From: Vicugna vicugna
Taxonomy: Eukaryota
DNA length: 64,000 nt
Assembly: GCA_013265495.1 (NCBI GenBank)
Contig: MU058946.1
Span: forward strand, 62,001-126,000
Direction: 5' to 3'
A program made the translations under genes and the position numbers. Shown one piece after another: positions 58,201 to 64,000 of this stretch. A model generated the notes under the pieces. That model saw only the letters and a list, made by a program, of their open reading frames with translations. It was not told the DNA's origin and ran no database searches. Position 1 is the first letter of the stretch; each line of letters starts with the position of its first letter.

Positions 58201-61200
58201 CTCCCTGTCTGCGCGCGGCCTTGCCCTTCCTGCGTGGCCCCGGCGCAGGCCGCGTCCCTCCTCCAGGGCCTGTGAGCAGTAGACCTCTCCATCTGCACGT
58301 CTTGTGGTCGGTGTGGAACCGCAGCCCACCCCCTGGCAACCTGTGCTCCACTTGACAAGCGTGAAGGTACCGAAGTCACAGCAGCCGTAGGTAGTGATCA
58401 CAGCACAACCCAACTGCAAAGCGTTCTGCTGGTACAGCGACGTGTCCAAGGAAAAGATTTCGGAATTTTAAAAAGCCTGCTACCGAGACAGAACACTTCT
58501 CTGGGAGCTAACAAGGCCAAACACTGTCCCAGAGGGGCCTTGCCCAGCGACTCTCCCATCAAGCACCGGCGCCGGGGTGGGGCGGGGACAGAGGTGCCGA
58601 CCCGAGGGGCTGCGTGGCCACAAGGACACAAAGACGCCGCGTGTGTGGGGCAGAGGGATGTGACCCCCGGATGGGAGGGGACAGACCCCATCCCAGGGGA
58701 AGAAGGTGAAGGAACGCCAGGCGGAGAGAGCAGCAACAGCGAAGGGGCTGACGGAGGAGCTCCTGCCCTGGCAGCTCACGGCCGGGCTGCGCAGTCCGGA
58801 AGGTCTGAGAGGCCAAAGACGTGTGAGTCATGCTCAGGGCCAGGAAGGCAGCACTGAGCTACGGAGCGATGGGCGACTGTGCTCCTAAGCGTCCTGACTG
58901 CCGCCCCTGGACACTCACGGGCTGAGGGGCGGCCGCAGGGAAGCCCTGGACCTTCGGAGGCTGCAGGCACCACGCCCAGAAATAAGCCTCCTCGGAAATC
59001 AACCCCAACACTGACAGCCACCAGATCTTCAACAAGGGTGCCAAGGCCACCTGAGGGGAGGGAAGAGTCCTGCCAACAAATGGGACGGGGGCACCTGAAC
59101 GGCCACGCAGACAGAATGAACTTGGAACCTCCTCTTACCACACAGAGAAGTTAACTCTCAGTAGATTGCAGACCTCAACGTAAGAGCTCAAACTATAAAA
59201 CTCTTAGAAGAAAACACAAGAGACCTTTTTGAACTTGGGATAATAAGCAATGGTTGCTCAGATCCTACACCGAGAGTACAGGAAATAAGAGCCTGGTAAG
59301 CTGGGCTCCAGCGAAAGTAAAACCTTTTGTGCTTCAAAGGACACCATCAAGAAAGTGAAAGTACAAACACGAAGTGGGAGGAAGTATCTGTAGATCCTAC
59401 GTATGATCAGAGACTGAACACACGAAGAGCACTGACAACTCAACAAGAAGACAGCCGTACTAAAGGTGGGAAAAGGAGATGAAAGACGTCTCTCCAAAGA
59501 AGACGCACAAATGGCCAAAAAGCACAAGGAAGATGCTCACCGCCACCCGACGTCACGGCGGTGAGAGACGGCCTCCCTCCCAGGGTGGAGGCTGCGGCCA
59601 GACAGCCAGCGAGAGCGAGCGTCGGCGGGAACCTGGAACCCAGAGCCCGCACATGTTGCCGAGAGAATGTAAAGTGATGTTTCCTTAAGAACAGTCCAGC
59701 AGCTTCTCACAAACTTACCACATGTGTTCCGGCAACACAGAACCGAGCACATCTGGGTGCACAGAACTCACCCAAGGACCCCCCCAGACAGCATCGCCAT
59801 GCCTAGCAGCCCCGGGGGGGGTACAGCCCGGACGTGCAGCGCAGAGGACTGAGCAGCCGTGTGGTCCACCGCACCACAGGGCGCTATTCCACCCCCCAAG
59901 AGGAGGGGCCACGCCACACAATGCAAAATGGGCGACTCTGGGCAACACCGTGACGCGGGGAAGCAGCCAGTCTTGAAAGACCACACGGAACACGCCTGCC
60001 CCCGAGCAGGTGGCAGAGGCACACCTGCCTCTGGGCGGGCCCGGGCTCAAAGGGGGGAGCAGGCGTGGGAAGGCCCTGGGATGGCGGACGCACTCTGACA
60101 TCCGGTCCTGGCCGTGGTGACAAAAGCCTGTCACACACAACATGCGCTGAACGTGCCACACGGGTGAGCTTCACGGTGTGCAAATTACATCTCCATAAAG
60201 CTTTTTTTTTTAAAAAAGTGGCATCTGGATCTCCAGTCCTCGGAGGATCAGTGTGGAAGATAGTGACCCCCCAGGTGCTCTCGCTGGCCGTCCACCCAGC
60301 TCGCTCCGCTCTGAAGGAAGCCCTTCCCTACACGCAGAGTCTGAAAAGAAACAAGAAAGACGGAAAAGCAACAGTGGACACGGCTACCTCGTTATTAACC
60401 ATCCGCAGCGAGCAAACCACGTTAACAGTATGCAGACTCCTCACCGTATGAATCATTTACTGTTCGGCAGCTGTTAACACATAGAAAAGGCCCCTGTTTG
60501 TACAACAAAAAGATGAGCTACACCAGGGATTATGCTTAACTCTAAGGCTAATGAGAAAGCTCAGAAACTCAGGAGGGTCCAAGCAAACATACTCTGGGTT
60601 GGAGGAGGGACTGAAAAAACTGCTAATATCAAGAGCTACGCACACAAACACCTTCTCAAATAAAGTGCTGTGTGACAATCTCAGCTGTAAAAGGAAGAAA
60701 AGGAAAAGCCACAAAACAGTGTGTCCACATTCTGACTCACCTCACACGAAACCCAATCAGCTCACCAAGGAACAAACCGCATCCCTCTTTGCTCACCCAG
60801 CTCCAGGCCACTTTCAGCTCCGCACTTAACGTGCAGATTAAAGAAAATCTTTGCCCCATCAACTACGTAAATTTCTATAATACTCTCAGTTTTCCTCCTA
60901 AGAAACTAGAGACATGCCTTCATAGAGCAGCAGCTGAGGGTCGAGGAGGAAGGAGTCGCTGTCGGGGAAAAAAGAGGGGAGACGGGAAGAGGTGGAGGTC
61001 CCGGCTGCAGGCCAGCACACTCAGAGGAGAGGGCACAGGAGGGCGGGTCTCAGGCCCGCCACCTGGCGAGGACCCGGGGCTCCAAACACTGCGGGCGATG
61101 CTTCAGCCCCTCCGAGCACAGGCCGTTTCCCGGGGTCTGCAGCTTCATTGTACTGAAAGAGCCCGTCCGTCTGATCTTCAGAAGATACAGAATACGATGC

Positions 61201-63905
61201 CACCGTCCATCCCCCGCCCACAACCCCACCAGAGAGAAGGCAACACGTACAAAAAAACTGTCCACTTGGAATTCATACGTATAGGGCTTTAGGGAGACAG
61301 GCAGCCGCTGCTCGGATGCCGGCGAGAATCCAACGGAGAACTGGCCGTGCAGGGGCGGGGGAGGCTCCCGGGTCCACTTCAGCTCCCAGACGAAGAAGAC
61401 GGCCTGCTCGCTGCGGACGTGCTGCAAGAGAGCGGCCGTCACCGCACACGCAGAGGTGGGCCGACGCGCAGCCCCCAGGCGCCCTGCACAGCCTGCACCC
61501 AGCCTCCCTGCGGGGACTTGCCCCCAGCTGGTTAAAAGCCTTTGATTTGTCATGGCTCATAAGCCTGACAGCACAGGGGAAGACTTTACTAGAACACAGC
61601 AGCCCGTACGTTTCCAACATGGGACGTGTCAGCGAGCGGGTGAAAGGGCCACTGTTACACCCACACCAGCTGCTCTGTTTCTACCACTAGATGAAAGGAG
61701 GAGAGGAACCAGCACCCCTCAGGCATGAAGTCCACGCCTACACATGCAGCGACAGACATGGGGAGCGCTTGAAATGGAGCAAATGCTAGTTGGGAAAAAT
61801 CCTTTGAAAATACTAAAGATCAGACATCCATTAAGAAAAGTCTGATCTTCTAAACACTCAGCATTCACTGTCTAAAAACACATGCGGAAAGTGGACAGAA
61901 AAAGTGGGGCCGGGGCTCAGCCAGGCCGCGCAGACATGAGCGTGGCTCCTTTTCACAGCTCCCCCCTACCCCCGAGAGCCATCACTGGGCACAGGCAGAC
62001 ATTTAATCGGAGGCACTGCTTCCGGGCTGATGGAGTCCATGCGGTCAGCACAAGACTCAAGAACAAGCCTGGAGTGCTGTCCATCTGCGCATGGAGGCAG
62101 ACACATGTAAGATTTAACCTTTCTGAAAATACAAATATCAACCTATCTCCTAACCCGTCCGTTGTGCCACTCGGCCCAAAGTGAAGCGCAACCATGACGT
62201 TGAGGCCACAGAGCCGTGCCTCGGGGCCCTCCTCCTCCCTGCGTGCGCTCCGCCAACCACCAGCACGGTCGTGCTCTGTGCGGAAAGGCTTAAGCTAAAA
62301 ACAGACTGTCATTTTCATCAAGACGTGACAGGCAGGCCATCACCATACTTGTTCCACTGTTTTCTGTCCAGAAGTTCATGCTCGACTCCAGGGAACGGGT
62401 ACCTGCTGGGAGTCCGTGTGCAGCGGTACGAGTCGCAGGTCACTGCTGTCCCCGGCAGCCACGAGATTACTATCTGACAGCTGGAAGTCAAGTTCGGACA
62501 AGTTCTGGACACACACTTGAACATACTTCCTAAAAGAGAAACACAAAAAGTAAGATTTTGACACTTGAGACCTTTATCAAATATATTTTGGCTGTGTTAA
62601 GACACACTCCAGGAAATAAAAAGAGTGACACAGTAAACTAAGAATGAGTTGTTACATATATTTCTACTTTCAATTTCACATGTAAAACCGTGAGAGAGAA
62701 ACACATCTTCCTAAGCAAGCTATCTCTCGGGAAAAACAGATCAAAGAATGTTCTATTTTGGATACATTGTTGCACGATTATAACTGACTTTCCTAAACAT
62801 ACAACAGATCGCAACATGTCGTGGGAAAGAGCAATGAACACTCTCCATCCTCAGAAGCGATGACAACTCACTGAGAACCCAGGGCTCACCCTAATTTCCA
62901 TCACATGTAAAGAGGGGCTTTGAAAAGCAAGGCTCAAGCAAAGCAGCTCAGAGCCTGCGGGGCTGCCGGCGTGTCTGGCCACTGACCCGACAGGCCCCTG
63001 GCTCTGATGTGCAGGGAAGGCACGCCGCCGCTGCAACGCTCCTCTCTGCACACACCCTGCAGCTTTGCTTCCGAGTTACCTGAACGTCGTCACGGCTGAG
63101 AGCCAGAGGGGACTGTGACAGCGAGAGCCCAGGGTCCACGGGCGCGCAGCACTTGCGGTGGGGCCCTGGACAGTGCCCCCCGATGGGGGGCCGATGGAGC
63201 ACACGACAGCACCTGCAGACTCTCTTGCCCAAAAACTGACTCTGAGCCGAGTCAAGCACTACAGCAGTGGTTATCACAGGGAGCAGCATCTGGAGACCGG
63301 GGTGGGGGTGGGTGGGCGTGCCACTGGCACAAAGTGGGGGAGCCAGGGGTGCTGCCAAACACCCACAGCTCAGGGCTACCTGCCCGCACTCCAGCGGGGA
63401 CAGACAGCAGCTGACGGGGAACCAGCTAAACAAACCCATGAGGACACGGCCAGTCAAACCCAGAAAGGCAGACCTTCTGGAGGACTACTGGCCCAAGCCT
63501 GTCAATGTGCCAGTGGCTTGAGAAATGGGGAGGAGGGATAAAGACGGATCTCAGAAGCAAAGGGGGCTTTGCTGGAATCCCATGTCCTACAAATCAACTC
63601 TGCTCGATCATTTTTGAGACAGCTGGGGGGACCTGCGTATCAACTGGGCATTGTAGGACCCAGGGAATTACTGTGAATTTTAACAGGTGGACCCTGGCAT
63701 CACAGCTGTAAGAAAATATGCTTAATGTCACCAAGGCCAAGCTCTGAACAAGAGGGCGTCCATGCAGGAGAGCCCAGGAAAGGAGCCGGGCCTGGGGTCC
63801 TTACCGTGTACCAGCCGACAGCAGGGAGTGCGTGGTCCGGAAGGGCATGCTGAACGTCAGTGCGATGACGGTGGAGTAGATGGACCACGGGCAATCGATG
63901 GACAC
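54972..63905 (-). CDS. TRAPPC10: TRAPPC10 (TRAPP II subunit, TMEM1), last six coding exons; 5' part lies beyond the window
   Basis: Exons 63905-63805, 62529-62403, 61421-61251, 57222-57045, 55629-55435 and 55210-54972 join in frame. They end ...VQVCVQNLSELDFQLSD...STKLMYEVVDNSSNWAVCGK...DDHVLEVSVT*, matching the recalled human C-terminus. Confidence 0.97.
55435..55629 (-). CDS. TRAPPC10: TRAPPC10 penultimate exon
   Basis: VDNSSNWAVCGKSSGVVSMPVCARATHRVHMEVMPLFAGYLPLPDVRLFKYLPHHSAHSSQLDA. Confidence 0.97.
57045..57222 (-). CDS. TRAPPC10: TRAPPC10 exon (third from last)
   Basis: TLYSVTAEISPPPGAELCKTGALCSLEVTITRLADLLEVDKDEALTESEEYFSTKLMYE. Confidence 0.96.
59150..60210 (+). mobile_element. Old L1 fragment in a TRAPPC10 intron (antisense to gene)
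   Basis: AAACTATAAAACTCTTAGAAGAAAACA...CTTTTGTGCTTCAAAGGACACCATCAAGAAAGTGAAA...CAAATGGCCAAAAAGCAC; A-rich tail near 60200. Confidence 0.85.
61251..61421 (-). CDS. TRAPPC10: TRAPPC10 exon (fourth from last)
   Basis: HVRSEQAVFFVWELKWTREPPPPLHGQFSVGFSPASEQRLPVSLKPYTYEFQVDSFF. Confidence 0.96.
62403..62529 (-). CDS. TRAPPC10: TRAPPC10 exon (fifth from last)
   Basis: KYVQVCVQNLSELDFQLSDSNLVAAGDSSDLRLVPLHTDSQQ. Confidence 0.96.
63805..63905 (-). CDS. TRAPPC10: TRAPPC10 exon (sixth from last)
   Basis: VSIDCPWSIYSTVIALTFSMPFRTTHSLLSAGT; AG/GT. Confidence 0.93.
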
Positions 63906-64000
63906 CTGAGGACAAAGAGGGACACACATTCAGACCACTCACCACACGGCAGAGCCACCACCACCACCTCCATCCCTCCAAGTCTACAGCAGCTGCCAAC

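Noticed and set aside
19000-64000. Intronic snoRNA, tRNA or miRNA genes
   Set aside because: No convincing C/D or H/ACA architecture, tRNA cloverleaf or pre-miRNA hairpin was seen by eye; an Infernal/Rfam scan would be needed to exclude them

Overview
GC-rich mammalian genomic DNA, probably a cetartiodactyl (L1 3' UTR type). No CHR, PRE1 or Bov SINEs were recognised, which tentatively suggests a camelid. The window is syntenic with human 21q22.3. Three genes lie head-to-tail on the minus strand: the last six exons and 3' UTR of TRAPPC10 (about 52.3-63.9 kb), complete PWP2 (21 exons, 919 aa, 37696-51202) and complete GATD3/C21orf33 (7 exons, 274 aa, 19755-29338). The last intron of GATD3 is a minor-spliceosome AT-AC intron. 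The PWP2-GATD3 gap is filled by a decayed class I (ERV1, MER4-group-like) provirus with an Arg-type PBS and gag, integrase and EnvV-like env remnants. A second LTR and an L1 are nested inside it, and its 3' LTR points at the GATD3 promoter. Bases 1-19 kb are intergenic (towards the expected ICOSLG side) and contain old L1/MLT/MIR fossils and clusters of immune transcription-factor motifs. I found no convincing new protein-coding gene or novel multi-gene system, and most six-frame ORFs are GC-driven noise. The most interesting observations are regulatory and evolutionary. All family assignments rest on recalled sequences, not database searches.
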